Origin: Chiloscyllium plagiosum
Taxonomy: Eukaryota
Length of the DNA: 64,000 nt
Assembly (NCBI RefSeq): GCF_004010195.1
Contig: NC_057718.1
Coordinates: 20,462,915 to 20,526,914 of the forward strand
Direction of reading: 5' to 3'
Shown: piece by piece, positions 23,548 to 37,405 of the stretch
How positions within the stretch are numbered: the first letter of the stretch is position 1
Layout: the number at the start of each line of letters is the position of its first letter
The notes under the pieces: generated by a model
The model's input: only the letters and a program-made list of their open reading frames with translations
Told to the model about the DNA's origin: nothing
Databases searched by the model: none
Program-made: the position numbers and the translations under genes

Positions 23548-26500
23548 TGTAGTGATTTTAATGAGGTCAGCCAGATGGACCTCAAAGAATACAGGTTTCC
23601 TGTTTTGACCAGGTTAACAGCCCCAACGAGAGAGTCCTGATTGACAGATATAAACAGGAGTGTCAGAGGTTCTGTTCACAGAGAGCTAGCTCTGAAAAAG
23701 GTGGACCAGTGTCAAGAACTGTGCACGTGTAAATAAGGGTTACTTGGTGATGGGATACTGGCCTCCGTGGAGTTATTTCAGTGGTGATGAAAGTAAAAAT
23801 ATACGCTTCTGAAGTTCTCTTACAACAGTCGTCTTTGAGTTGGAGTAAGCATATCTGGCATTATGCTATTATTTGGGAAGCCTGACTTATTCAAACCTGC
23901 TCTCAAAGACTGGGTTCAGTATGTGGAAGAAATGCAATATTTTTCTGGACAAGTGACATTGGGAAAGATGAAAAGCAAAGAGTAATTCTCCTGACAGCTT
24001 GTGGATCCACAGCATTTTCAGTTATTAGAAGTTTAACATTTCCTGAGGGACCAGATTAAGAGCTGACAGATTTAGTTAAGAAATATTAGGACCCTAAGGC
24101 TCCTCTAATTCTGAGATGCTATTGGTTTTACTCAGCAGCTCAAGAACCAAGGGAATGTGTCTGGATTTTTGAGGAGGTTAAGATGACTTACAGAGGCATG
24201 TGACTTTAGTTTAATCCTTAATGAGATGCTGGGGCACTGTTTGGTATGTGGAATTAGTGATATAATCATGCAAAAGGGCCTACTTGCTGAAGCCCAACTG
24301 GACTTCAAACAGGTAGTACAACTGGCTTTGTCATTAGAAAACGCAGCAAGTGGAGCATTGGAGTTACAGGAAATGCCGATGAGAGTGGACACCTTCACCA
24401 GTCTGACTGAGTTTGGAGAACACCACTTGAGTGAAGGCAATTACATAGCTTCCCTCAAGTCATATCTTGAGCAGAGAGACTCTAGATCAGGCCACAGCAA
24501 AACCCCAAAATAAAGTCAAGCTTCAGCCAAACAGTTAAAATTTTCTTCAGGATCCAAGCTGGCAAGCCATTGCAGTTGCTGCCATTACACAGATTAGAGA
24601 CAGCAAAGGAGTCCCAGTAAGCTTGAATGGAGTAAGAGAACTTTTTGGTTGGCATCCAGGAGTGCACACACCCTAGAAAGCTAACCTACATCTGGCTTAG
24701 AACAGTTAAATTGCTGAGGAACATCCAAATCAGCACCAAAAATAAACATCTGGTTAAATGGTCACCCGCTTCTGATGGAGATTGATACCAGCACAGCTGT
24801 ATCAATATTGTAGAACTAGTCTTTAACAAAATGCACTGTGGATTCCAGCCTTAAGTTTGCATAAGACCTTAGCTGGACTGAGAACCTACACCAGGGGACC
24901 TTTACAGCTGAAGGGTACAACTTTGGTTCTGATTTCTTATGAGAAGCAGCTGGTTCAATTACTATTTATTGTAGTAAAAAGCTTGGGTCCAAGCTGATGG
25001 GGTGAAATTGGTTGAGAAAGATTCACCTCAACTAGCTTAACATTTTTCAGTTAAGAAATGGCTGCCTGAGTGAAATCCTAATTAAATAAGCAGAAGTTTT
25101 TCAGGAAGGTCTCAGGACTATAAGGAGAGCAAAGTTCATCTTGCATGTTGACTAGGAACCAATTCCACGATTCTGCAAGGCTCTCCCAATACCATTTGTC
25201 TTATGTAGAGGCAGAAATTAAGAGGCTGAAAAGCAAAGGGATCATCAGAAAAAAAAGTTTGCAGAATGGGCAGCATGAGTCGTACCAACTCTGAAGCCTG
25301 ACGGGTTGGTTCACCTTTGTGGGGATTTTAAACAACTGGCAAACAGCTTCTCACAGCTGTGTAAATATCCAACCCCTCGCTTAGAGGACTAATACGTAAC
25401 GTGGGTGGGGGGAGGTGGGGCTGTCGTTCATGAGGCTGAACAGGAGCCATGCGTACTTGAAATTGCAGTTAGATGACGATTCCCAGAAATATTCAAGAAT
25501 ATACAAGACTGCCATATGGGCTATCAGCCTGTGCAATTTTTCAGCAGATGGGGAACATTTTACAAGGTCTTCTCCAGGTCACTATTTATCTGGATGTTGT
25601 TCTAATAATAGGGATGACCATAAAGAGCACTTAGAGAACTTGGACATAGAGCTTAGATGTTTCTCTAAGGCAGGCATAAGCCTTAGAATGGACAAATGTG
25701 TTCCAGGCACCCCAAGTGACTTACTTGGGCTACAGAGTTGACAAAACCAGGTTGCACCCATTGGAAGATAAGTGAGGGCGATCAAAGTTACCAAAGCTCT
25801 CACACTGGAGTTTATGTCTTTCCTTGGATTGGTGATGTATTACAGAAAGTTCATACATAACCTGCCCACTATCCTGTCAACCTTATATCTACTATTGAAA
25901 AAGGGTCAGCCATGAAAATGGTCTTATAGTCAAGAGGTAGCCTTTAGGGAAGTGAAGAAGCAGCTATCATCATCTAAGGTATTGGCACACTATGATCCCA
26001 AGTAAGATCTGATGCTTATATGTGATGTCTTCCCATACAGTATCAGGGTAGCATTGGCTCTCAGATGGCCAAATGGAGAGGAATGTCTAATAACGTATGC
26101 TTCCCCGACTTTGGCTGTTAGAGTGCAAATAAACCCAGATAGAGAAGGAAGGTTTAGCAGTCATCTTTGGCATGAGAATGTTCCATCAATACCTTTACAA
26201 ACATAAACTTGTAATTATAATTGACCTCAAACCCCTGCTAAGGATACTCAAAGAGGACAAGGTTGAATTCAGCAGTGGACTCTCATTCTAAGTACATACA
26301 GTTACAAATTGGAACACTATCTGGGTAGCCAATTAGCAAATGCGATTGCTTCGAGGCATGTCCCACTGGCAGATCCAGTGACGGTACCACCGGTGGTGTA
26401 AGAGTCTGTTCTGGTTTGAAACCTTCTGGGCTTCCTGCTGGTCACCACTGACACACTCAGACTATGGACACAAAAAGATCCAGTCCTGGCAAAACTAAAA

Positions 26501-28007
26501 CAGGTGGTGATGGAGGAAACAAAAGGGCCATCAAACCAGAACCAAAGCGTTTCTGGACATGGCAAGACCAGATCACCATAGAGGACAGCATTTTATTCTG
26601 GGGTGCAAGAGTGATTATTCAGAGCAAAGGTGCTGCCAGATACTAACTGAATTCCACTAAGGTCATCCAGAGTTTCCAAAATGAAAATGTTGGTGAGACT
26701 TTGTCTGGTGGCCAGGATTGGATGGAGACATAGCCAATTTGGTGGGGCAGTGGTCAGTGGTCAGAGTGCCAATGAGGACAGCTTCCCCACATTCGTATAA
26801 ATGGCCAGGTAAACCCTAGACTCAGTTACATGTCAATTATGCCAGCTCCTTTAGGGACTCAACATTCTTAGTCATTGTGAACACCCATTCAAAATGGTTG
26901 GACATGCTCAGGTCATTTGTCAAAACTAGGATGATGATGATAGAAAAGCTGCAAGCATCATTTGCAATGCACGAGCTCCCAGAAGTCTTGGTCACAGACA
27001 ATAAACTGTCATTTACCAGCAGGAAATGAGAGTATTTTCTAAAGCCGAATGGAATTTGGCATACAAGGACAGCCCCATACCATCTATGGTCCAGGGGACT
27101 GGTGGAAAGAGCAGTCCAAAATTTGAAGGCAGCTCAAAGAAACAGCCTACAGCTTCATTTGATTCCAAACTGTCCTATTTAATTATCAAATCCCCTTTCA
27201 TGGAACTACAGGGTTGGTTCCAGCAGTGTTGGTATTGGGGAAAAGGTTCCTGACCAGGTGAGTACTGTGAAACGGCATCAGGAATGCCGATACCGGATAT
27301 AAGAGTCCTCTAAGCAAGAGACAGTGAACTTCAGTGGATGAAGTTTGGTGCTAAAACTACAGAAATAGCCCTGCCTTGATAAGAGGCATAGTCAACGCAA
27401 GGTCAGGTCCCCTAATCTACAATGTTTGGGTAGGTGAGGCAGTCTTGAACAAGGACATAGACCCATACGAAGGCTGCAAACTCCTGATCAAGGCAGCAAC
27501 AAAACATACCTGATCCCTCAGAACCCCTCCATGTAGCAGTGAAGAAACCTCTAAGTCTGAGATGGATACAGTGAGTGCCATAGTCTCAAATGTCTTTACC
27601 TCTTGAGGAACAGGACGAATTTCTTCCAAAATGCACTGAGCACAGAGGCAGGCTACGGCCTGGTTGCCCATATCTGAGGCTGAGTCAGAGGAACCAGACC
27701 CGTTGTGAAAATGCCCCAGGAGAGGCTACAAAAAAAAAAATGCTTACGTCCTTGGACTTTAGAATAGAAGGGATGTAGTGATCACAATGAGGTCAGACAG
27801 GTGGACCTCATAGAATAGAAGTTCCCTGATAGAGGCAATTAACCTGGTCCAGTCAGGGAGTCCTGACAGACTGAAATAAACAGGAGGGTCAGAAGTTCTG
27901 TTCACTCAAAGCCGGTTCTGAGGAAGCCAGACCAGTGTCAAGTACTAAACAAGTGTAACTAAAGGGTGACTTGGTGATAGGATACCAGACTTTGTAGAGT
28001 TATTTCA
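23548..28007 (+). mobile_element. Full-length but decayed Gypsy (Ty3/Mag-like) LTR retrotransposon, gag-PR-RT-RH-IN
   Basis: LTRs 23548-23780 and 27774-28007 (TGTAGTG...TATTTCA); PBS-like gtggtgatga after the 5' LTR, purine tract before the 3' LTR; RT 'LKPDGLVHLCGDFK' ~25290-25330, RNase H 'LICDVFPYSI', integrase remnants 26650-27250; many stops and frameshifts. Confidence 0.92.
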
Positions 28008-28514
28008 CTCTTGAAATCAAAGCCACAACTGACCATGTGGACCATCGATAATCCCTAGAAAAATTGGAATCAGTCAGAATTGGGAAAACTCTTCATTTAC
28101 TGTTTAGAATTAGAGTCATACCTCGCACTAAAGAAGATGGTTGTGACTGTTGGAGGTCAGTTGTTCTCAGATTCAGGACATCTCTGCAGAAATTCCTCAG
28201 GGTAGTGTCACAGGCCTAACCATCTTCACTGTTTCACCGAAAATTTCCTCTTCAACATAGGGTCAGAAGTGGAGATGTTCACTGTTGATTGCACAACTTT
28301 CAGAACTCATTTAGTTCATTCATGACTCCTCAGATACTCAAGCAGTGCATATCCAAATGAAGCAAGACAAGGAGAATATCCAAGCTTAAGTTGGCAAGTG
28401 CCATTTTCACCAGACAAGTGTCAGGCAATGATCATCTCTAATAAGAAGCAAATCTAACTATTTCCCCTTCCCATTCCATGGCATTACCACTACTGAAACC
28501 TCCTTTTGACAAGG

Positions 28515-28780
28515 CAACGACCTTATGGTATTATGAATAGACTATTAATCCCAGGGCCCAGGTTCAAATCTGGGTCATGATGACCATGAAACCATTGCCG
28601 GTTGTCAGGAAAATTTCTGGTTCACTAATGCTCCTGAGGGAAGGTATCTGTCGTACTATCAGTCTAGCATATATGTGACTCCAGACCCTAAGCAAGGTGG
28701 TTGACTCTCAACTGCCCTTTGGACAATGGGGTCAGGCAATAAATGCTGACATAACCAGCAACATCTATTTCTCATGAATG
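28515..28780 (+). mobile_element. Deu-domain (SacSINE1-like) SINE; related copy on - strand at ~55020-55340
   Basis: 'ggttcaaatc' B-box, 'tggttcactaatg..ctgagggaagg', 'tgtgactccagacc', L2-like tail 'ggcaataaatgctg'. Confidence 0.55.
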
Positions 28781-29339
28781 AATCCCCTATCAACATCCTG
28801 GAGGCATGGTTTATCATTGACCAGAAACTGAATTAACCTAGCCATATAAAGTACTGTGGCTACAAGGTCAGAGGAAAGAATTCTGCAAAAAGTAATTCAC
28901 TTTCTCATTCATCAATACCTCTTCACCATCTACAAAAGTCTGGTTGGATTATCTTCAGAGGGTTGGTGTGGACCTGATGGGATTCCATGATTCTAAGTCA
29001 GGAATGTGATGAAATGCCTGGATGAATGCAGCTCCAATGACAATCAGGAGGTTTGACACTATCCAGAACAAAGCAGCTCGTTTGATTGACACATCTCGCT
29101 TGATTGGCGCCACATCCACAAACGCTCCCTTCATCACAAACACACATCACCAGTAGTGGATATAATCTATAAGATACACAGCAGAAATGCACCAAAGCTA
29201 TATTTGCAGCATCTCCACACCTTCAACCACTACTGTCTAGAAGGACCAAAGGAGCAGATGCATGGGAACACCACCACCTATAAATTCCTTTCCAAGCCAC
29301 TTACCATCCTGACTTGGACAAAAATGCTGCAGAGGTGAC

Positions 29340-30060
29340 AGGAGGTACGATCCATAACAGCGATATATTTCCATGTTTGAACCAAGACTTTAGTTGTAAT
29401 GTAGATTGGCAAAATCAAATTGGCAGAAGTACTTGTAATTCATAAAGCATACTCAGCAGGTTTCTAGAATAATATTTTGTGGATCCATCCAATGATCAGG
29501 CTGATTTGAATCTGATGGTGTGTAATGAGGCAAGTTTAATAAACGACTTCAAAGTAAATGAGCCCAGAGGAAACTGACCATAACATGGTAGAACTTAGCA
29601 TTAAGTTTGAGAAACGTGAATCAGAAACAAATGTACTGGACATTTTTTAGGGTAATTACAAAGGAATGAGGGCTGAATTGGCTGGAGTGGACTGGGAAAG
29701 TAGTTGATGAATAATGTTCAATTTTACAATGAACGTAAGATTCAGCAAGGGCTTGACAGGACAGGTATATAGAGGTTGTTTCCCTTGTGGGAAAGTCTAT
29801 AACCAGAAGGCATAATCTCAGAGAAAGGGGCCACCCAATTAGGACCGAGGTGAGGAGAAATTTTCTTGGAGTGTAGTGAAACTATGGAATTCTTTACTGC
29901 AAGGCGGAGTTGTTCAGTATATTTAAAGCTGACATAAACAGATTTTTAATTGTAAGGAAATCAAGGGTTATGGAGAAAAGGTGGGAAAGTGGACTTGAGG
30001 ATTATCCAACCAGCCATGATCTCTTTCCAATGGCTTCTTTCTGCTCCTTCATCTTAGATT
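29340..30060 (+). mobile_element. CR1 fragments
   Basis: Endonuclease-region remnant (DHNMVELSIKFE) followed by 3' end 'aggttgtttcccttgtgggaaagtct..' and tail. Confidence 0.7.
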
Positions 30061-30486
30061 AGTGAACCCAGAAACTGAGTAGCCTGGTAGCGAGTTCAAT
30101 GTGACTACTAAAGTAGTTAAACAATGCTTCAACTATGTGCACTACTCTAAGTAATAGGCAGAACACATGTCAAAATTTGTCACTGCTTGCTGTTTACAGT
30201 ACAACTCTGCACAGTCGTTTCCACCAGAGACACGCCAAACAACTGAGGGGACAGACTAGCCATAACAGAAGCCTACATTTTCAGGAGGCACAGTGGTAGA
30301 AACAATCCTTGTCAAATGAGTTATACAAGTGAGGGGCTTAGAGTTGGTCTATAAGACCATAAGACATAGGAGCAGAAATTAAGCCAATCAGCCCATTGAG
30401 TCTGCACTCCCATTCAATCATGGTTAATAAGTTTCTCAATTCCATTCTCCCACTTTCTTCCCCATAAGCCTTGATACTCAAGAACA

Positions 30487-30781
30487 GGCAGCACAGTGGT
30501 TAGCACTGCTGCCTCACAGCGCCAGAGACCCAGGTTAAATTCCCACCTCTGACAACTGTCTGTGTGGAGTTTGCACATTCTCCCAGTGTCTGCGTGGGTT
30601 TCCTCCCACAGTCCAAAAAAAAAACCAAATGTGCAGGTTAGGTGAATTGGCCATGCTAAATTTCCCGTAGTGTTAGGTGAAGCGGTAAATGTAGCAGAAT
30701 GGGTTCGGGTGGGTTGCTCTTCGGAGGGTTGGTGTGGACTTGTTAGGCCGAAGGGCCTGTTTCTACACTAAAGTAATCTAT
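30487..30781 (+). mobile_element. HE1/V-SINE-type SINE
   Basis: ggcagcacagtggttagcactgctgcctcacagcgccagagacccaggtt..., gtgtggagtttgcacattctccc V-domain. Confidence 0.9.
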
Positions 30782-32044
30782 ATCAGTCTTCATGTACTCA
30801 GCTACCTGGCCTCCACATCCTTCTGTGGCAATGAATTCCATAGATTCACCACTCTGGCTGAAGACATTTCTCCTTATCTCCATTCTAAAACGTCTTCCCC
30901 TTTACTCTAAGGCTGCACCTTCAGGTCCTAGTCTCTTCTACCAATGGAAACATCTTTCCAACATCTACTCTGTCCAGGCCATTCAGTATTCTGTATGTTT
31001 CAATTAGATTCCCCCTCATTCTTCTAAACATTGTCGAGTATAGACTGGGTCCTCAAACATTCCTCATATGTTAAGCTATCCGAGGACCATTCTTGTGAAC
31101 CTCCTTTGAACATGCTGCAGAGCTGGTATGTTCTTCCTGAGATATGGGGCCCAACTGTGCCCAATACTCCAAATGTGGTCTGACCAGAGCCTCAGAAGGA
31201 CATCCCTGTTTTTATATTCAAGTCCTCTCAAAATAAACGCCATTATTGCATTTGCCTTCCTAACTATTGACTCAACCTGCAAGCTTACCTTGAGATAATC
31301 CTGATCTAGAAGTCTCTTTGCGCTTCAGATTTCTAAATTTTTTCCCCCATTTAGAAAATATTCCATGCCTGTATTCTTCTAAAATGCATGACCTCACACT
31401 TTCCGATGTTGTACTCTATCTGCCACTTCTTCGCCCACTCTCCTAAATTGTGGGAGTCCCTGCAGCTGCTTCACTTCAATGCTACCTGTCCCTCTAACAA
31501 ACTTTGTGCTGTCTGCAAACTTAGCCAGCCTGCCCTCAGTTCCTTCATCTAGATCATTAATCCATAAAGTGAAAAGTTGTGGTCTCAGCACTTAGCCTTG
31601 CGAAACACTAAGCTGCCATTCTGAGAAGGACTCTTATCACCACTCTCTGCTTTCTGCCAGACAGCCAAGCTTCTATCTATGCTAGCATCTTGCCTCTAAC
31701 ATCATGGACCCTTACCTCTCTCAGTAGCATCCTGTGTGTCACCTTGTGAAAGGCCTTCTTGAAGACCAGGTAGATAACATTCATTGGCTTTCCTTAGTCT
31801 AACCTGCTTGCTACTTCAGATTTCTCCAGCTTCCTCATTTCCCCTCCCCCCACCTTATCTCAGTCCCAACCCCCGGATTCAGCACCGCCCGCTTGACCTG
31901 AAATCTTCTTCCCGACCTCTCCACCCCCACCCCCTCTCCGGCCTATCACCCTCACCTCCTTCCACCTATCATATTCCCAGTGCCCCTTCCCCAAATTCCC
32001 TCCCGCCTACCTTTTATCTCAGCCCACTTTGGCACACCAGCCTC

Positions 32045-32080
32045 ATTCCTGAAGAAGGGTCTATGCCTGAAACGTCGATT
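32045..32080 (+). ncRNA. Minimal hammerhead ribozyme (PLE-associated), weakened stems
   Basis: ATTC-CTGAAGA-A-GGGT(ctat)GCCT-GAAAC-GTC-GATT. Confidence 0.6.
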
Positions 32081-32946
32081 CTCCTTCTCCTTGGATGCTG
32101 CCTGACCTGCTGAGCTTTTCCAGCAACACATTTTTAAGCTCTGCTACTTCCTCAGTCAGGCATGACTTCCCCTTGATGAAATCATGCTGACTTTGCTCTA
32201 TTTTACCGTAAGTTTCCAACTATTCAAAAAATCTCATCCTTCACAATGGACTCCAGGATCTTACCCGCAACAGAGGTTAGGGTAATCAGTCTATAATTTT
32301 CAGTCTTTTTCTTACTCCCTTTTTAAAAACAGGGACATCACATTAGCAATTTTCCAATCCTCTGGGACCGTCCCGGATTCTAGCGATTCCTGAGAGATCA
32401 CCACTAATGTGTCCACTATCTCTTCAGCGAAGTCCCTTAGAATTCTGGGGTGTAGTCCATCTGGTCCAGTTGATTTATCTACCTTTAGGCCATTCAGTTT
32501 TAAAGTCTCTTCAGTTGCAGCAGAATAATCCATAATATGAGTTCAATCTATTTCCAGGAAACGTGACCTTGCTTTAGGAGGTGCATTTCTGCTTTAAAAT
32601 AGATCTCAAAAGCGGAATGAATAATGACTTTGTCAATATAATTAACTTATTGATTCCAACTTCTAGCCTCATTTCAACATAAAATTGATAGGTAAACCTG
32701 CCCTGATGTCTTTTGAAAGTGATATATTGCTTACAATACCTTTTAAATGCAAAGTCATGAGCACTTCTGAAATAAATTTGTAACAATTCTCCAGAATCAC
32801 CAGAAATTAATCCATTATATAAATTAAGGAAAATTATACTCAGATATTAAGATTTATGAAGTGACAATTGCTTCTGTTGTTTGAATGAGAATATAAATTG
32901 GACAGATCTAAATTTTCAGCATGCCCTTCAATTAAAAAAAACTCAC

Positions 32947-33041
32947 TTCTCACCAGGATCCACATCTCTCAGACCAACATAAACAATATCTTTCGCAGTT
33001 AAACATGGTTCCAGCCAAGTGAATCCTGGGACACCTGCAAT
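32947..33041 (-). CDS. ARG1-like arginase exon 5
   Basis: 95 nt, CTTCAG|..[39 protein letters not shown](K). Confidence 0.97.
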
Positions 33042-33729
33042 CTGAAGTGGAAGATGTGGAGAGTGACATGAAGTGAGTTTAAATAAACTGACACTAGAAA
33101 ACAGTAAGATAATTTGTTTAAAATGAGGTAACCTGAAGGTGTAAGAGGGTTGCATTACAATTTTACCTCCTACTTGGCACATTGCAAACAATGAATGTGG
33201 AGCAAAGTTGTTGAAACTATTCTTATATATTGAAGATGTTGTTTATTAATTCATCCTCAAGAGTTTCCAGCTCACATTCAAGAGCCAGATTAATATATTG
33301 GTCAATGTGGCCTATGCTTAGAGATAATTAAATATGGGGCTTCAGTTGAAACTGAAACACAATAAAACAGCAGCAGCCACATGAAGTGTTAATATTCTAT
33401 AGCCCTATTTCATCTTATAATTTTACTTCATTTTAGTCCTGATTTTAACATTTCTTGCCTGGCAGGAAAGGTTTCTAGACACGTACTAAATATCTTGAAC
33501 CTGTGCACATTTTTGACAGTTAGAGATGTCCTATTAGGTTTTTGTCAAACTTTTATGCTAGCTATTTACATCAGAAGAAATTATGTCCAGATTTATAATG
33601 GAGATTGCCTCATACTAAATAACCCATTCCTTCTGTACTTACCAGTTATTTTATCAGCTAATCAATTTGTATTGCAAAATAAAAAAAATTAAATGGAAAT
33701 TCCTTCCTTCTCTGTACAATTAACTAGTC

Positions 33730-33905
33730 AAACATGAGGACTGCAGATGCTGGAGATCAGTGTCAAGAGTGTGGTGCTGGAAAAGCACAGCAGGTCAGGC
33801 AGCATCCGAGGAGGAGAATTAACGTTTTGAGCCGAAAACGTCAATTCTCTTGCTCCTCGGATGCTGCCTGACCTCCAATGCTTTTCTAGCACCATACTCT
33901 TGACT
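33730..33905. mobile_element. Foldback insertion made of two inverted Penelope termini
   Basis: Imperfect inverted arms ~33762-33828 and ~33833-33905; flanking near-duplication ctctgta(c/t)aattaa. Confidence 0.7.
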
Positions 33906-34844
33906 CTGTATAATTAATTACCAGACAGTGCATTAGCACATTTCTTGAAATTTCTAATATTAGACTGTTACAACTGAGTTTTTAGTGAGTAGAATGAAGA
34001 TTATATTTTAATATTTAACAGTAATTGCCAATCAGATAGCATAGATGAATCATACACACAAATTGCCTGTTTCACAAGGGGAGATTCAAAATCCACAAAA
34101 ATTCAAAATCCACAAAAATCCAAAATCAACCACTGACTTTGTCCCAAGGGTGCCTGAGTTTTGACGTCAGACCTGCAATTAAATGAAAATGATAGAGGAA
34201 TTCAGCAGATCTGGCAGCATCTATAGACAGGGAGAAACGACATTAACATTTTGAGTCTGATATGAGCCTCTTCTCCTATACATTTATTTCAGATTACCAG
34301 CATCTGCTGTACTCCACTTTTATTACTGTAATTAAATCTCCCTTGTTCCAGTTACTCTTGTCCTCAAACCCTGCTTCATCTGAAGCGTCCATTGGTCTCA
34401 AGTCTCCATGAGTAAAGTTAAAGATTAATTGTCATTTCTGACACATGGTAGCCTTTCAGTTCATTGAGTCCATTCTGATTTCCCTCAGAAATCCAGTCAT
34501 CAGTCCTACTCCTCTACATATCCCTGCAGCCCTGTAAATGTATTATTTTCAAATGTCTTTTTCAAATCAACAATTGTTTCTGCCTTCACCACCCTTACAA
34601 GATCCAATTATCACTCACTGCAGATAAAAAATCCTTTGTATTCTCTGTATCTCTTTCCCAGAATCCTAAATATGTTTTCTTGTCCTTCTATCATCAGCGA
34701 AAGGGAAGAGTTCTTTTCTTTGTTTCTCTTATCTAAACTTGCTACTGTAGAATAAAAGGTAGTTGTTCTGAAAAAGATCTCACTGGATACCAAACATTAA
34801 CTCTGTATTCCCTTCATATATGCTGCCAGGTCCTTATCATTTCA

Positions 34845-35128
34845 TAGAAGAGTACCCACCCCAGACCCATTCCACCTACTCTATATTTACCCCTGACTAA
34901 TGCACCTAGCCTACAACTTCCTGAATACTATGGGCAATTTAGCACAGCCAATTCATCTTACCTGCACATCTTTGAATTGTGGGAGGAAATCAGAGCACCC
35001 GAAAGAAACCCACACAGACACAGGGACTATGTGCAAACTCCACACAGACAGTCACCAGAGGCTGGAATTGAATCCAGGTCCCTAACTCTGCGAGGCAGCA
35101 GTGGTAACCGCTGAGCTACCATGCCGTC
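34845..35128 (-). mobile_element. HE1/V-SINE-type SINE
   Basis: Same head and V-domain as the other copies, in reverse orientation. Confidence 0.85.
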
Positions 35129-36445
35129 CATTTAACTTAAAATGTGGTGGCCAGACTGGACACAGTTTAGTTGGAGTCTAGCCAGAACTTTACGAAGGTT
35201 CAGCATAACTTTCTTACTTTTGTACTCAATGCGTCTACTTACGAATCCCAAGATCCCATCTGCTTTTTTAATAGGCCTTTTTCTTTCTTTCTGACTATAA
35301 ATTAAAATAGACATTGGACTGCTGTTATGAAGATGAATGTGTACTGTACCTTTAAGAAAGTTAAAAGCAGGTAAAGCTACCTGACAGCGCCATGTGTTCT
35401 CAATAAGATAACAATGTAACACTTAGTTGAAAGCTAGATTAACTGGTTGCCTGGAAACTACAAAACAGATTCGAATTAGGCCAAATCAATGTAAATTATA
35501 CACCAAAAAAAACCAAACTTCAATCCAGTTTTAATTTAATATATTGACACAATCTTAAAAGCCAATGACACAATCCGATGCTTTGGGTATTTCAGACTGT
35601 TCAAATAATCGAACAGTTGGGAGGAGAAATGCCAAGTCACCAGCATGTAGAGACTGTCTGAAAAATAGTTCTCTTAAAAAGGTACCTTTATCAATCAGTA
35701 ACCTGTAAAGCAGAATCCTCAAGAAAAAGAAGACAGGAATACAGAGAATAACTGAAAGCTGCCTGGTTTTGAGATAAGAAATTTTGTTTTGTAAATCTTA
35801 ATTGGGGATTTTATTAGACCAGTATTGTAGAGGGGAAAAGTAAAAGATAGGTTAGAGGAAGGAGTTGCAAATAGTTGTTAATCAATTATTCTCCATTAAA
35901 CTTGAAGAAATAAAGTTGTTAATTTTTACTTTAAAATTTTTTTTACTTTACTTTGGCCTCTTGAATTTTCACAGATTACTGCACTGGATAATCTTTTCTG
36001 TGTTGCTACTTTAAATTAAGCAGGAGGGTTTACCCCATGTTGTAACAGTTTGGGGGCTTGTTGTTAGGATTTGAACTGGTTTAGACAGGTTTGAATAGAT
36101 TTGGGCGTATGAAAAATCGCAGATTTAAACATTTGCAGGTTAGTGTCCTAGATCTTTAAATAAAATGTAGGTGAGATAATTGGTTTAATTTTGGTGACTT
36201 GTGGTTGATTAAATTAAGAGAGAAAGAATTGGCTCTTAAAATTGCTGAAGATGATGTTCTGGGATTTGAAAATGATTCTCAAATTTGCCAAGAACATTTA
36301 GAAGAAAAAAGCCATACTTTTAGAATTAGCAAATAAGTTAGATTTAGGCTTAACGGAGGACAAAAATAAAGCTGAAATTGTAAGGGAATTACTCAAACAC
36401 TTAGGTGTATCATAGAAACAGGCATGTGCAGTAAAGATAGAAGGA

Positions 36446-37405
36446 TAAAAACAATGACTGCAGAAGCTGGAAACCAGATTTTGGATTAGTGGTGCTGGAA
36501 GAGCACAGCAGTTCAGGCAGCATCAAAGGAGCAGCAAAATCGACGTTTCGGGCAAAAGCCCTTTATCAGGAATCCCAAGGCAGAAGATGAGGTGTTCTTC
36601 TTCCAGGCGTTGGGTTGAGGGAGTGGTGATGGAGGCGACCCAGGACTAGCATGTCCTCGGCAAAGTGGGAGGGGAAATTGAAATGTTTGGCCATGGGACG
36701 GTGGGTTGATTGGTGTGGGTGTCCCAGAGATGTCCTCTGAAGCGTTCTGCGAGAAGGCATCCAGTCACCCCAATGTAGAGGAGACCAAATCAGGAGCAAT
36801 GGATACAATGAATGACATGTGGAAGTGCAGACGAAATTTTGATGGATGTGGAAGGCTCCTTTGGGGCAGTGGATGGAGGTGAGGGGGGAGGTATGCGCGC
36901 AGGTTTTGAGATTCTTGCGGTGGTAGGGGTAAGGTGCCATAGGGGACGGTGGCTTGTTGGGGGGTGTGTGGACCTGATCAGGTAGTCGCGGAGGGAACGG
37001 TCTTTGTGGAAAATGGATTAGGGGTGGGGAGGGAACTATATCCCTGGTGGTGGGGTCCGTTTGAAGGTGGCAGAAATGTCGGCGGATGATGCCATTTATG
37101 CGGAAGTTGGTGGGGTGGAAGGTGAGGACCGGCAGTGGGGGTTGGAGGGGGGGTTCTGTCCTCCGACCTATCACCTTTACCCCCACCTCCATCCACCTAT
37201 TGCACTCTCAGCTACTTTTTCCCCAGCCCCCCACCCCTCCTATTTATCTCTCCACCCCAGAGGCTCCCAGCCTCATTCCTGATGAAGGGCTTTTGCCTGA
37301 AACATTGGGTTTTCCTGTTCCTCGGATGCTGCCTGACCTGCTGTGCTTTTCCAGCACCACTCTAATCTTGACTCTAATCTCCAGCAACTGCAGTACCCAC
37401 TTCCA
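36446..37405. mobile_element. Penelope-like fragment with inverted termini nested in the gag region of the LTR element
   Basis: GIY-YIG remnant on - strand (36566-37140); termini in opposite orientation at both ends with decayed hammerheads (~36538-36573 on -, ~37275-37310 on +). Confidence 0.85.

Larger units (their letters stand above)
22850..29330 (+). mobile_element. Decayed L2/CR1-group LINE split by the Gypsy element and a SINE
   Basis: QFGFHQGHSAPDLIIALVQ before 23547; after 28008 reading resumes with LDIK-type, GVPQGSV-type (28190-28210) and FADD-type remnants. Confidence 0.7.
30350..32500 (-). mobile_element. CR1 fragment with nested SINE (30487-30781) and Penelope terminus (31820-32141)
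   Basis: ORFs INDLDEGTEGRLAKFADSTK and STGPDGLHPRILRD; PLE insert flanked by TGCTACTTC duplication. Confidence 0.88.

Noticed and set aside
30487..30560. tRNA gene
   Set aside because: tRNA-like A/B boxes are SINE heads followed by V-domain and LINE tail; no complete cloverleaf
34085..34128. Short tandem repeat (ttcaaaatccacaaaaa x2 plus partial) or CRISPR-like array
   Set aside because: Simple local duplication without spacers; eukaryotic context
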